A stretch of DNA of 64,000 nucleotides. Source: Tubiluchus corallicola (taxonomy: Eukaryota; Animalia; Priapulida). The position numbers and the translations under genes were made by a program. Of this stretch, positions 26,606 through 40,556 are shown piece by piece (within the stretch, counting starts at the first letter, position 1; the number at the start of each line of letters is the position of its first letter). Under the pieces are notes generated by a model. The model worked only from the letters and a program-made list of their open reading frames with translations. It had not been told where the DNA came from and made no database searches. The stretch lies in contig JAQGDQ010000730.1 of NCBI GenBank assembly GCA_030141605.1, forward strand, positions 1-64,000, written 5' to 3'.

Positions 26606-26780
26606 TCTACCAATAGAATTGATAATCAAACGCTGGTTCGATCATTCTACCAATAGACTTGATAAACAAACGCTGGTTCAACCATTCTAGAGACAGAATT
26701 GACTACAAAATACTTGTTTAACCGTTCTAGCCAAAGACTTGATAATCAAACGCTGGTTCAACCATTCTAGAGACAGAACT
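26581..26780 (-). repeat. Five 40-bp tandem copies of the Rab39 start-codon region
   Basis: Unit (- strand) AA[T/G]TCT....[G/C]TAGAATGGTTGAACCAG[C/T]GTTTGATTATC; the last copy contains the true ATG. Confidence 0.9.
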
Positions 26781-27029
26781 GCTGACGAAACACATTTTGA
26801 AGACGAACTATAACCAGAATACCATCACAGTCGTTCTACTGTAGACTGTAACAATTGCACAATCGGGTTTCTCTGACCTGACTATCTGGCTTCTTCATCA
26901 TTCGTCACTGCGCCGACTTCTAACGATCCGGACCAGGCGGCGCAGGCGACCTGCGTAACGATTCTGACGATGCCGGTAGATGGCGTCTGCAGCGGAACGA
27001 TTCAGTTTGTCTGCTGAGATCGGGCAGCG

Positions 27030-27320
27030 ATGAACCATGTGCAAGATCGCGGGGAATGTGTCGTGCGAACGCCACCCACTGCTTGTTCCAGGTTAAAAAA
27101 GTTCTTCAAAGAATGGTGCACCAGGTAAGACGTTTTTCTGATTATTTAATAATTTTTTTTCGTTAAGTATTTTCGTCTTTCGTCTCTTTTCTAGCATCAT
27201 GTCACGGTGTCATTCATCTAGGCGTAAAGAACGAGACATTTTGACTATGTAAATGGCTAGGGTATCCTTGATGCTCTGTTTAATTTTGTTTGCCAATTAG
27301 CGCAGGCAGCAAACACTCGA
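27030..27320 (+). pseudogene. Degenerate DEG/ENaC-family channel N-terminus (2 exons)
   Basis: Exon 27030-27124 MNHVQDRG...RLKKFFKEWCT |gtaag; exon from 27195 reads SCHGVIHLG...KWL..VSLMLCLILFAN, i.e. the pre-TM1 HG motif plus TM1, but with a phase mismatch, TGA/TAG stops and a frameshift. Confidence 0.5.
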
Positions 27321-27905
27321 GGTGCTGCTTATATTACTTGTGTAATGAATGAAGATCGTATAATTGAGAAAGATATTGCTGATAGAAATGCACGTGTTCT
27401 GGCATCAGACGGATTAATGTTAGTGGTATATAAATCGCTTAATCCTGATTTAGGCGTATTAGATGCTTATGTTAATCTTTCCTTAGATGTAAAAATGATA
27501 AAATACAGATGACTAAGCTTCTCTCAGCTCATAATCTTCGTATAGACATTGGTAGGTGGTCTAGGATACCACGTGAATTCGTGAATTAAGATTATGTGGC
27601 TGCGGCCAAGTGCAAACAGAATATGATTACACTTGTGAATGGATTAATACAGAAAATGTACAAGATTATCCTGGATATAGATTTTAGTTGTTTATCAAGT
27701 TTATTTACTTGCAATCTGAAGTTTGTTGCAAATACTGTTAGACGTTGCTTCGTTTTGTTGTAAAATTGATGAACACACAAAGCTAGTTTCTCTCTGTTAT
27801 TTGCGTAGGTAGAGTTTGCTGTTGCATAGTCAACTGTATCTGCTTAATGTACTGTATTGGACTGTAAAATCGTTCTGCTCATAATTCATTGTTACTGTCA
27901 ATAAA

Positions 27906-28209
<304 letters not shown>

Positions 28210-29954
28210 AAATATGCAATGAGTCTAAGCAAAGAAACTTCATTTGTAAGACTTCTGTGAGTGAAGTGCATGTTACAGCTAAAATTCTCAAGTGTTTGAC
28301 ATTTTCTTTACTGAACGTGACGCTTAGTGCTTTTCTATTGGTTGAGGCTAACTCATCCAGCCATTGACCATTAAGCCAGGGTAGCAGACTGCAGCTAAAC
28401 TTTTTATTGGTGTGCTCGAATGAAATAAATGACTTTCAATTCAACACAACTTTTTTCTACCGTAATATAATTCGTGCCACATTCACAGTCCCCTCAATAT
28501 AAAATATGAGTTCGAATCACATTTTCTGCATTAATCTCAAATTACAAGTTTAACATTTGTATAAAATGTTATTACACATGTGCCTTGCTGTGTTATTTTA
28601 TGTTTGTTATTGCTTGTGAAAATTGCTCGAGTCTATTATTCTGTTTTTAGGTACAAACTTATATAAAACGTATAAAAGAGATCCTTTGTTATGCCCCATT
28701 GGAACAATAGTTTCATCAAACACAAACAGTCTTTTCTCTATACATTTCATAAGAAAATCGCTATGCGCTGTTTGTATTTGATGAAAGTTATACAAAGAAT
28801 TATATAAACTGATAAGTATATAGAAGTATAATAAATTATCCTAATTATGCTAATTTACATAACCTTGCTGGCGTCAGGAAGCCGGAGGATTAAGAACAAA
28901 TGATTCTGACTCTGGTTAAAATAATTGCAAACTTTGTGCACAGCACGAGCTTTGCTGGCAGAGTTATAATTTTGCTGAAATTACTGCAGTTCATTAACCG
29001 AATGACTTACATTGAGATTTATATTAAGGACATAAAATGTTCATTTGTAAATGAAGTTTTGCTCTGGTTCTGTAGGCACACTGCTGCTAGTGGTAGCTTG
29101 AATTTTAAACACGTTGAATTTTATTACGATAATTTATATGAAAGGATTATTTGAAAATTTTGCGTAAAAATACTTTTTGGTTGTACAGATTCCGCGTGGT
29201 AATTTTAACTATTAAAAAGGTTATTTTCGCAAGTTTTTGGTTCCTCTACCACCCCCCCCCCCACACTTCCACCCCCTTTAGTCCTGCGTAGTAAACGTAG
29301 CATTAATGGCTTTAGCAAATAAATGTCTGTAACCAACTGTATGCACAATAGTCAAGTGGTTGTAAATTTTTGTGCTTTTAATGCCTGTCTGACATTGTTA
29401 GCTATCAAACATTGCTACTGATCACTAGCTTAGTTGTAAAACAGGTCTAGGTACACAACTATGTATCTATTGTGTAAACATTTACTGTCTTTTAGCTATA
29501 ATGTTGTATTACTGCGTGCTATGAACGCTGATTTTCTTTACACGCCATTATGTGAATTTGATAACCCAATGAGCGCAGTGTTAAATGGGTATAACGCGGT
29601 TTAACCTTTTCTCCAACAATTAAAGGAAAAGGCAACGCTTTTCTAAGTTTTTTGTTCCTCTTTCTTCCACAGTTCCACCCCTTTTCCGAATATACAAAAT
29701 GTTTTCGCATGAAAACTTTTTTGCGAAAAGTGCAGGTGTAAACGACATCAGAAAGTCCTTCAGCGAATTTAGTTTTAATTTTGTCGCAAGACTTGTTAAA
29801 TGCAGCCGAACATACCGTTACCGCAGATCGCACATTCATGTAAACATGCCTTAAGAACTTCTTGAAAACAAATTTTGCAGCGTTCGTAAATGTAACAATG
29901 ATGAACGTCAACCCAAAACTAATCAGTATGGGAAACCTTTTATTATACATGTAA

Positions 29955-30410
29955 CAATTCAAAAATTTAAAAAGAAATACAGAGCAGTGATTCTCAACAA
30001 GTACAACACTTTCTAATATCCTACACCTACTGCAGCAGTCATACCACAATCCTGGTACAGATTATGCAAAACAAGACATCATTGATAAATCTTTAGAGCT
30101 GATGTCAACATAGCACAATCTATTATCTTTCTTCCTACCATTTCCACTAACACATCCTTCTACCCTTCCTGTGTAATCTAACCTTTCTCCCAGTTCGTTT
30201 TTTTGTTCACTCATCCATTCTTTTTTATCTGTTCACATGACAGTGGGCTTAAACAAGCCTTTGCTTCTCTAGCCCACTGCAGTACAATTATTCTTATATG
30301 ATAACGATAGTGTATGACACATAATAATTTATTACAGTATGACGTAATAATTTTGATGTCACTGTGTGCCTAGTGTCATTATATTGTACTGAATGTGATA
30401 ATAATAAACT
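29955..30410 (+). mobile_element. 5'-truncated LINE 3' end (family A)
   Basis: Near-identical to 44110-44585 (+) and 45481-45909 (-); stem-loop CAGTGGGCT...AGCCCACTG; A-rich (TAA)n tail. Confidence 0.8.
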
Positions 30411-30452
30411 AAAGAAAACTAACAACATGAGTGAGATGAGTATGAAGCGCAT

Positions 30453-31996
30453 ATACAAGCAGACTAGAATCCAGTAATGCACTCGTTGGCACCAGGGACC
30501 ACACTGAGGTTTTGGCTCACGGTACGGGTTCGAAGCTGATTACCAGGATGTGATCAACATCATTGTTATGAGAATCTAGAGACAGTTGTGAGAAACTAGG
30601 GACAGTTATGAAAATCTAGGGACTGTTATGAGAATCTAGGGACAGTTATGAAAATCTAGGGACTGTTATGAGAATCTAGGGACTGTTAGGATACAAGCAG
30701 ACTAGAATTCAGTAATGAAGTGCGCTCGTTGGCACCAGGGACCACACTGAGGTTTTGGATCACGGTACGGGTTCGAAGCTGATTACCAGGTTGTGACTAA
30801 CACCATTGTTATGAGAATCTAGGAAGTGTTATGAGAATCTAGGGACTGTTATGAGAATCTAGGGACTGTTATGAGAATCTAGGGACTGTTATGAGAATCT
30901 AGGAACTGTTATGAGAATCTACGGACAGTTATGAGAATTTAGGGACTGTTATAAGAATCTGGGGACTGTTATGAGAATCTAGGGACTGTTTTGAGAATCT
31001 AGGGACTGCTATGAGAATCTAGGAACTGTTATGGGAATCTACGGACTGTTATGAGAATTTAGGGACTGTTATGAGAATCTAGGGACCGTTATGAGAATCT
31101 AGGGACCGTTATGAGAATCTAGGGACTGTTATGAGAATCTAGGGACTGTTATGAAAATCTAGGAACTGTTATGCGAATCTAGGGACTGTTATGGGAATCT
31201 AGGGACTGTTATGAGAATCTAGGGACTGTTATGAGAATCTAGGGACTGTTATGAGAACCTAGGGACTGTTATAAGAATCTAGGCACTGTTATGGGAATCT
31301 AGGGACTGTTATGGGAATCTAGGGACTGTTATGGGAATCTAGGGACTGTTATGAGAATCTAGGGACTGTTATGAGAACCTAGGGACTGTTATAAGAATCT
31401 AGGGACTGTTATGAGAACCTAGGGACTGTTATGAGAATCTAGGAACTGTTATGAGAATCTACGGACAGTTATGAGAATTTAGGGACTGTTTTGAGAATCT
31501 GGGGACTGTTATGAGAATCTAGGGACTGTTTTGAGAATCTAGGGACTGCTATGAGAATCTAGGAACTGTTATGGGAATCTACGGACTGTTATGAGAATTT
31601 AGGGACTGTTATGAGAATCTAGGGACCGTTATGAGAATCTAGGGACTGTTATGAAAATCTAGGAACTGTTATGCGAATCTAGGGACTGTTATGGGAATCT
31701 AGGGACTGTTATGAGAATCTAGGGACAGTTATGAGAATCTAGGGACTGTTATGAGAACCTAGGGACTGTTATAAGAATCTAGGGACTGTTATAAGAATCT
31801 AGGGACTGTTATGGGAATCTAGGGACTGTTATGGGAATCTAGGGACTGTTATGAGAATCTAGGGACTGTTATGAGAACCTAGGGACTGTTATAAGAATCT
31901 AGGGACTGTTATGAGAACCTAGGGACTGTTATAAGAAGCTAGGGACTGTTATGAGAATCTAGGGACTGTTATGAGAATCTAGGGACTGTTATGGGA
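30453..31996. repeat. 20-bp satellite (AGGGACTGTTATGAGAATCT) with a duplicated ~115-bp head
   Basis: Head at 30453 and 30693, followed by ~6 and ~59 monomers; variant pattern repeats with a 540-bp period. Confidence 0.95.
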
Positions 31997-32450
31997 AATT
32001 GCAATGGTGCTTCGTTACATACATGTATACGAATGCATTCGAAAAAACAAAGACTTTTTTGAATGAACTGAACAAAAAGCTATAAGTGTCAAACATCAAG
32101 AGCAAATTATAATCATCGCTGTTCATTATAGTTCATGATTAGCAAGTGCTATAGAACAAAAATAATTAGCCTTGGCAACCGAGACGCGCATTCTTGATTA
32201 CATTCAAAAGCCACCAATAAGAAACGTGATAAAATCTGCTAGAATATTTTTCGGACTTCCTGTGTGTTTAATTAACTAGGGATTACATGTATATACGCGC
32301 TAGACTCCACGGATATTGCTGCTATCAGACTTCGATTTCTGGCGGCATTAGCATTCCCAAGTGGTCGTGTTTTCAATGTTTTCTATTGATTATCAATCGA
32401 GGATATATTTGCTTGAGATGTGCATCGTGGATAAACAGTTGTACGCGTAA

Positions 32451-33120
32451 TAGCTTTGGGAAAACAGTGACGTTGACATCCGGTGTTTTCAGCGTGTACG
32501 TGTACCACTACGTCCTGACATTGCAGAAGTGAAGGGAAGAGGTCAGAGGTCAGAATGAGAGGTTAGAGGTCAAATAGCTTTGGGAAAACAGTGACATTGA
32601 CATCCGACGTTTTCAGCGTGTACGTGTACCACTACGTCCTGACATTGCAGAAGTGAAGGGAAGAGGTCAGAGGTCAGAATGAGAAGTTAGAGGTCAAATA
32701 GCTTTGGGAAAACAGTGACATTGACATCCAGTGTTTTCAACGTGAACCGTTACGTCTTGACATTGCAGAAGTGAAGAGATGAGGACAGAGGTCAGAATGA
32801 GAGGTTAGAGGTCAAATAGCTTTGGGAAAACAGTGACGTTGACATCCGGTGTTTTCAACGTGAACCACTACGTCCTGACATTGCAGAAGTGAAGAGAAGA
32901 GGTCAGAGGTCAGAATGAGAGGTTAGAGGTCAAATAACTTTGGGAAAACAGTGACGTTGACATCCGGTCAGAATGAGAGGTTAGAGGTCAAATAGCTTTG
33001 GAAAAACAGTGACATTGACATCAGACGTTTTCAGCTTGTACGTGTACCACTAAGTCCTGACATTGCAGAAGTAAAGAGAAGAGGTCAGAGGTCAGAATGA
33101 GAGGTTAGAGGTCAAATAGC
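32451..33120. repeat. ~124-bp tandem repeat (6 units, one truncated) rich in AGGTCA
   Basis: Unit TAGCTTTGGGAAAACAGTGAC...GAAGAGGTCAGAGGTCAGAATGAGAGGTTAGAGGTCAAA. Confidence 0.9.
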
Positions 33121-34087
33121 TATAGTTGAGCATTAGTAGTTGACTCATCGCACTCGACGGAAAAACATTATAAACTATTTATTTTTATTTAATTATTTTT
33201 AACGTCTATGATGTCTGCATGACTATAACTGAATGTAATGAAAAAATTGCTTAGGTCGAAATTGAGATGGGTCGAAACTACAAGTTGTAATCGGTCCCGC
33301 AGTTTAAAAAACGCCGATGAGAAATCTTCGAAGAATGCGTTCCTTTTTCTAAATGACTGTCGGCTCTTCTAGCGAAAAATCTGCCCACGGCCAGAGTCAG
33401 AAAGACACCACAATGCGATGCTTGTAGTGAATTCCGTAGTTAAGCAAACCCGTGAAAACTAGTGAAGTAGTACGAAATCCGTTTGTTAATCATGTCTAGT
33501 AGATACAGCAGTTAAATGTATTTATGAAGAGATGTAAGACGTCCAAGTCCAGACTGACTACTAGTCACACATGGGGAATAATTGCCACTGGTACAGTAAC
33601 CATAGTTACACTTCGTTACACTCAGCTGAGTCATTGTGAGTGGGAGGAGACAATGAATTGATAGAATAACAACTATAGCTGGGATAGCAATAACTTAGCT
33701 TGGCTTCATTGTTCTGAAAAGGCTGAAAAGGAGTCTCTTTCTTAATTGTGTAGACAAAAGACGCACTTCGGCTGCCAAACTGCTACTCAATCGATGGACT
33801 TGCTAAAACAATATCCATGCACGTTAATAAAAACCATTAGGGATTAAGTTGGGTAATTGGATGTTAACAGGGATCTGAATCTGCTAACGAGCGTCGAGCG
33901 GTAATGTTTATTGAATGGCTGGACGTAACTGTTATGGAAATGTAAAATTTAGTTAAACAAGCTCTTCTCGCTTTAATATACAGTAAACACATTAAATAAA
34001 TAAATTGATTAATTAATAAATACAGCTTACAGGCTTCACGAGCTGTAACGCTGTCTATTTTCCTCTAGATATATATATCTCATACGA

Positions 34088-34432
34088 ATATAATATAATG
34101 TAATATAATGTAACGTAATATAATATAATGTAATATAATATGATATGATGTGATGTGATGTGATGTGATGTGATGTGATGTAATGTAATGTAATGCAATG
34201 TAAGGCAGTGCAATGCAATCCAACGCAATGCAATGCAATACAATACAATACAATGCAATGCAATGCAATGCAATGCAATGCAATGCAATGCAATACAATA
34301 CAATACAATACAATACAATACAATACAATACAATACAATACAATACAATACAATACAATACAATACAATACAATACAATACAATACAATATAGTACAGTA
34401 CAGTACAATAAAATATAACCTAACTTAACCTA
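34088..34432. repeat. Compound pentanucleotide microsatellite
   Basis: ATAAT > GATGT > CAATG > CAATA > CAGTA blocks. Confidence 0.95.
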
Positions 34433-37400
34433 AGCTAACATGACATGGTATAACATGTATGTATTGTAGCAGTATAGTAAAAATAATAAAGGATTATTTT
34501 CCAGCCAAAATACAAACCAAAAAATAATGAAAAAAATCAGTAAAACAGTAAACCAACAAAAACGTTGCAAAAAGATAGTAAAAGTTCAACATAGAATGAG
34601 AAACTTTAAAGAGACGAAGAAAGGTACTGTTATTCTTCGAAGATCTGTTGAAGTTTCGCTACGTTTTTCCTGCTTTCTTAACCATTATCTGCATTATTTA
34701 GTTTACGTTTTAATGTACAAAGTTAACGTTCACAATTTTATCTAATAAACAATGTCTCAACTTTCTCCTCACAATATCCGCGATTTTTTTTTCGAGAAAT
34801 GCTGAAGATATTACTAAGTATAAGTCTAAGTGTAATGTTGTTATAGTAAATACTTATTTAAACCAAATGCTAAAGATGCTAAGTACTCTTTATAGGTAAA
34901 AAATTGAACACTTATTTACCAACATGATTAAAAACTAGAACAAACGTTGACCAGTATTACTGATTGAATTTAACTATTTCACTCAGTGATTACTCAGCCT
35001 ATCGAGTATTGAACAAAAACCATTATGAGTTTTTTAAGCTCAAGATTCACCATTTTCACCGTATCCGCTTGATCTAATATTGCCCGCACTGTCAAGTCTC
35101 ATTTTGCCTTCGCGGTTCAAACTATCACCGACATTTATAGATGCAATTTTTCGATAAATTTCCCGCTTTTATCCGAAAATGATTCATGGCGCATCAGTCA
35201 GATTTACATGTTTTGACAAAATGTTATTTGCAGTTCGTGAATCATGACAAATAGGTAGATTTCTGTATCGAGTCCTACAATAAAAACCAGAATAAAAGGG
35301 TCCAAAGCAAAGAGGACGATGTGTTATGCCTAGTCCACACAGACCTTCAAAAGATGACATTGAAAACACAGAACTCTCTGTTCACACGGTCAGTCTTCAC
35401 ATACAGTTACTTTGCATATAACTATTACGTTTAAAGAGTTTTCTCTAACCTTTCTGAATGGCTTGCTTGGAAGGAAACTTCGTTTTAGTTTTAGCATGGG
35501 GTGGAAAGAGAAGGCAAAATGAACGAAAAAAAATTGGGTGAAAAAATCAAAGACAAATTTTTCGGAGATTAAAAGCCGAATTGCAAGTGAATTTCTAAAC
35601 TGTATCGGAAAACATCAAGTACATTCGATTAGTGGACGAATTTTACCCTCTATGCAAAGCAAAAAGATTACGTTGCCAAAACCATAGTTTGTGCTTTTGT
35701 ACGTTAGGTGGCCACAAAATTCCTGTACATTCTCCTATACAATTCTATAAAACGTATCGAAATTTCTGCGCAAAAAACAATTTATTCGGTCGCCTTTCGT
35801 TAAAGGAAAACCGGATGATTGTGTAAACATTAGTTCAGAATAAAGAATGCCCTATAATATTGAAAACTACAATAGCTTATTTTAAATCAAAGCTTAGATT
35901 AAATAATAATTACCTCGGATACTCAAATTTCGTAAAACTTTCAAAGCTACGCCAAAACGTACGTGCGTTAGGTGGCCACAAAATTCCTGTACATTCTCCT
36001 ACACAAATCTATAAAACGTACCGAATTTCTGTACAAAGTATATTTTATTCAGTCGCTTTTTGTTAATAATTAATTTTGTTATTCTTACTGACAGCATGCT
36101 AATTACGCATCCTCTGTAAATGAGCTCTCTTAAGTGGCGGCCATAAGCGCCACTTACTATTGGTTATTCGTTTTGATAATGACGAACGTCATCGACGAAA
36201 ATCAAGACCATCTTGATGTCGTTAAACTTGAATGACATTCAAATTTCAGTGTCATTCTCGACGTGTAACATTGTCCTACGACACTGACAAACTCGAGAAC
36301 GACAGCGTTTTGAATGACCGTGTAGATGGTACCTTATACTACACATAGTTTCGGGTGTACGGCAAGGATTTACATTGTCACCTGTTTTATTTAACAAATA
36401 CATCGTCTGTTTAGCACTTTAATTGCCAAATTTTCTGCTGCAATCGTTTCGTGTAAATTGAACTAATTAGACGAGTTTACGGCCCATTGCACACAGACAG
36501 ACAGATTGAAATGATGTAATTCACATCTTGTCGTGGCCCCATTAATCACATTGCCGTAGCCGTAACTTGCATACTGACAACTGATATGAGTTTCCTCGCC
36601 ACTGATACAGCTTTGTTCTAATTCAGCTGAGTCAACTTCGTTGAGTTTCGTTATTTGCTTTTACCACTGACAAGCAATACGATAAAGTGATGCTTTGATT
36701 TCATTTTATCAAAACAATTTCATTTACTGCACATTGTCATTCGAGGCGGACGTAGACTGATGGCAGCTCTAGTGATGGGGAGCGTATGATCCAGCCTATA
36801 TACTTCTTCAGTTACGATTTATAAACTTTCAGTCGTAATTATACCGTTATGCTCAGAGTTTTTAAGCTATTCCTTTTTTTATTATAATGACTTTTTCTTG
36901 ATGACGTTGACCTCCATTTTAACTTTTTTTATTTCTTAGACATTCCTGCATCTATTAATTAAATGCATCTAATTAATTAAAGTAGATTTGGCCAGATGAA
37001 AAAAAAATCAATGAAAAAGTAAATATGCTTGATGTACTAGATTTGTGTTTAATTTAATTTGTATTTCAAAAGCAGGTGAACACGCGAAACTATTTGCTCA
37101 AAAATACTTCTAATTATTGATTAATTAATCGACTAATTAATGAAAAATACTACTAATTAAATACTTCTAGTTCCAAGTACTAAACCCGTTTTTAGTTTTT
37201 TGCAGAGGTAAGAAATTATTACATAAGAATATAGGAAAGATTATTAAAATGGTAGTGAGCAAAACTTACAGCTTTGGTACCTTAATATTTCAAAAAACAA
37301 CAATAGCAGCAGTTACAGAAGTTAATTTCAAAGGGTGTTAAAATATAGAAAACGAACTAACCTCATACAGGTGTAAAAAGTGTTGCTGAAACAGGTATCA

Positions 37401-38479
37401 CTGGTAATCACAGTCATATTAATTTAGGATATTCCTCCATGGTCAATGGGCCTCAATGAATTTAGAATGTTATTGAAATTGTTCTGGCACAATTTGTCCA
37501 AATACCCTTCTTATTTTGTCATGTTATTATTATGTTATGTTGCTGAAGTTATGTTGTTGTTGTTGCTGTTGTTGTTGTTGTTGTCATTGTTGTTGTTGGG
37601 TTTTGTTGTTACTGATTATACTTTTGTGTCATAGTAACTTGTTACCGCTTTGTTTACATTTGGTTGCCATAGTGATAGTTGCTAGAATACTAGTGTGGTT
37701 TCACAAGAGAAGCTCCGCCTACATGCCGTTTAACCCCATCATTTTTAGTTTTAATTGGGGTACATCTGAATTATGGGACGGGATTGATGGAGAAAACGAC
37801 CTTTAAATAACCTTGTTCACTTCCCGGATCACTATTTGCAATATAAGCTCCACAGTTTCAGCTCCGCCCACAAACTCCGCCACAGTTTTCAGCTTTTTCT
37901 TGAGGTTGTTTCTCCAGCGCAAATTGATGTTATGAATAAACGGCTGTCATCTCGGTCATGTTTATAGTTGTCCGCGTACGCGCAGTGATCCACTTATAGA
38001 TGCATCAAATCTTCTTTTCATTGCCCTGAGAATAATTGGCCTAGGACGGATTAATAGATTCATCTAGTGGAATCAATACTAAACCCGAGTTGCTAGAAGC
38101 CAGGGAATATGACGGTAATACCATTTGGCTATTAATCGTCTTGGATGGCAGAGCGTCTCTAATTTGGAAGTAGCTGCTTGGTCAGTTGTCTGGCCTGACA
38201 GCATATGCGATGGTCAATCAGCCTCTAACTGATCGATTATTTGCAATTATCGTCCAATCTTGACAAGCCTGAGACATGGCGGCCGCCTTGATGCTGAAAA
38301 ATTAGCAACGAAGAGAAGCGAAACGTGATTTGTATGGCTTCCGGTCAGAGGAGGCGAAAAGAAGCTGCGGAACGTGAGTTGATTGGATGAGAAAGAAGAT
38401 AAGAAGGTTACTCCAGGGGATGAATTTTATGCCTTCTTGGTTCAAACATTCACTGTTAGCAGTCATTCATAATTATTAT

Positions 38480-39190
38480 GGTTATGACAGCGATCAAAAT
38501 GATTGCAATTACAACGATGACAATGAATGTGGCATCAACAATGATGGCAATGACGAAGACCATGGTGATGGTGATGATGACGACGAGGATGATGACGGTG
38601 ATGATGATGATGACCACGACGATCACGACGACGACGACCATGACGATGACGACGATGGTGATGACGACACAACGAATATGATGATGGTGGTGATGATAAC
38701 AACGACGACGATAATGATAATGATAATGATGATGACGATGACGACGACGACGGCAACCATGACGACGATGATGACCATGACGATAAACAAGACGACGACA
38801 ACGACAACGATGATGATGATGGTGATGACGACGACGACGACGATGACGACGATGACGACCATGACGATGAACAAGACGACGACGACGGCAACCATGACTG
38901 GTGATGATGATGACCACGACGACGACGACGACCATAACGATGATGATGATGGTGGTGATGATGATGACGACGACGATGATAATGATGATGACCACGACGA
39001 TAACGATGATGATGACGACGTCGGCGACGACGATGATGATGATGGTGGTGATGATGACGACGACGACGATGATAATGATGATGACCACGACGATAACGAT
39101 GATGATGACGACCACGATGACGATGACGACGACGAGGACGATGGTGATGATGACATTGAATAATGATGGCGACAACGACCATGATGATTT
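38480..39190. repeat. (GAT/GAC)n low-complexity tract
   Basis: Imperfect GAY repeats that switch frame (poly-D to poly-T/M). Confidence 0.85.
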
Positions 39191-40556
39191 CTGCAGAAGA
39201 TAGGAAATAACTTGGAATAGTGATATGCTGCTAAAACAAATGAAATACGCAGATGTTGATGTTCACGTTCAGCGGAGAGCAAACACATAAAGTTAACTAT
39301 GTACTTGATGTTGAAGTTGTGTCAATACTGCCATGCAGTGAGATGTCATAATGCCCCACTGAGATGTCAGTAGCATTTCCTGGAAGTTTAGCATACCACG
39401 GGATACGGATGTCCGCTAAATCTATCAACGTTGATTCTTTAAAAGTATTGATTGTCTTAAATTACTTCATTATTTTAAAAAGGGAGAGTAAAAGATAATC
39501 TCGAAGCAAAGAGCAAACTGTCTGTGATTCTTTCGTTCGAGATTTTCATCAGGTAGCATCCTAGGAGTCCCGAGAGGTCCCGAGAGGAGGTATTTCTTGA
39601 AAGAGGTCCTAGGAGGAGGTAATTCTTGAAAACAGGAAAGAGAAGGAGCAGAAGAAAGCAGCCAGGAAAACAACACCACGGGAAGAGATCGCCATGTACA
39701 TTAGAAAATCACAAGGACTGGTCTCTTTGTGACCCGCTTTCGTGAATTGTAGTAAAATTATTCCTTTGTCATGGTTGAGCTTTACTTTACATCACTTGGA
39801 TGTATGACTACCAGCAAGGAAAGGATGGTAGAGTTTTCGTGTTGTTCTAACTATAGGTGAACGCGTGTATCTGTCTTGCCTATGACATGCATTCATACTG
39901 TAGATCATATCGGATTGTGCTGATGGCTTTCGACACACCTTTACTTTATGATACATAGCATACGAAATTTGTTGACCCTTGGGAGAACGTCACCCCTAAC
40001 ATTGTCGTCTTGAGCTAGAGCTAATATTACTTTTCATTAACGTAAAACTAGCGAAATAAATAAAATTCTCTCGGGGTATACTGGCAGAGTTACATATATT
40101 GCCATATCTTGTAACGTGAAAAGATTTCTCGGATTTTTACCTGCAGGGCAAAATCTTGAATGTATTATTCCGCCGTGTGTATTATTCAGTGCAGCTGAAA
40201 AGCTAGCATTAAGTCTGTACATTAGCTGGTTTGACAAAAACGTTTTTCTGGTCTTCTATAACGTTACCTAAACTAATTTCCTCCGTGCAGGTAAATTCTA
40301 TATACTCTGGACGAAGTGAACAGCTGTACGGTCACGGCGCGTGCTTAACGACCTAAGTTAAATAATGCCGAATCTGATTGGGTAAATGCGTTGGTACAAC
40401 CGGGAAAACTACATCTGCCTGTCTTTCGTTGAGGTAGAATGTGTACACAAGTGCACGTGGCAACGACACCTCTGCTGATCCAGTGCCTCACCTTAGAGGA
40501 TTATCGTTGATAATTGTTTAAAAATCGGTAGCGTTTTAAATAAGTTATCAGCTTAA

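Noticed and set aside
37190-37215. 2-nt microexon or recursive splice site (ttttgcag AG gtaag)
   Set aside because: No host gene identified; such a motif can arise by chance in AT-rich DNA
38387-39288. Asp-rich or His-rich protein (possible biomineralisation protein)
   Set aside because: GAY microsatellite that slips between poly-D and poly-T/M frames; no clear signal peptide or exon structure; cannot be fully excluded without RNA data
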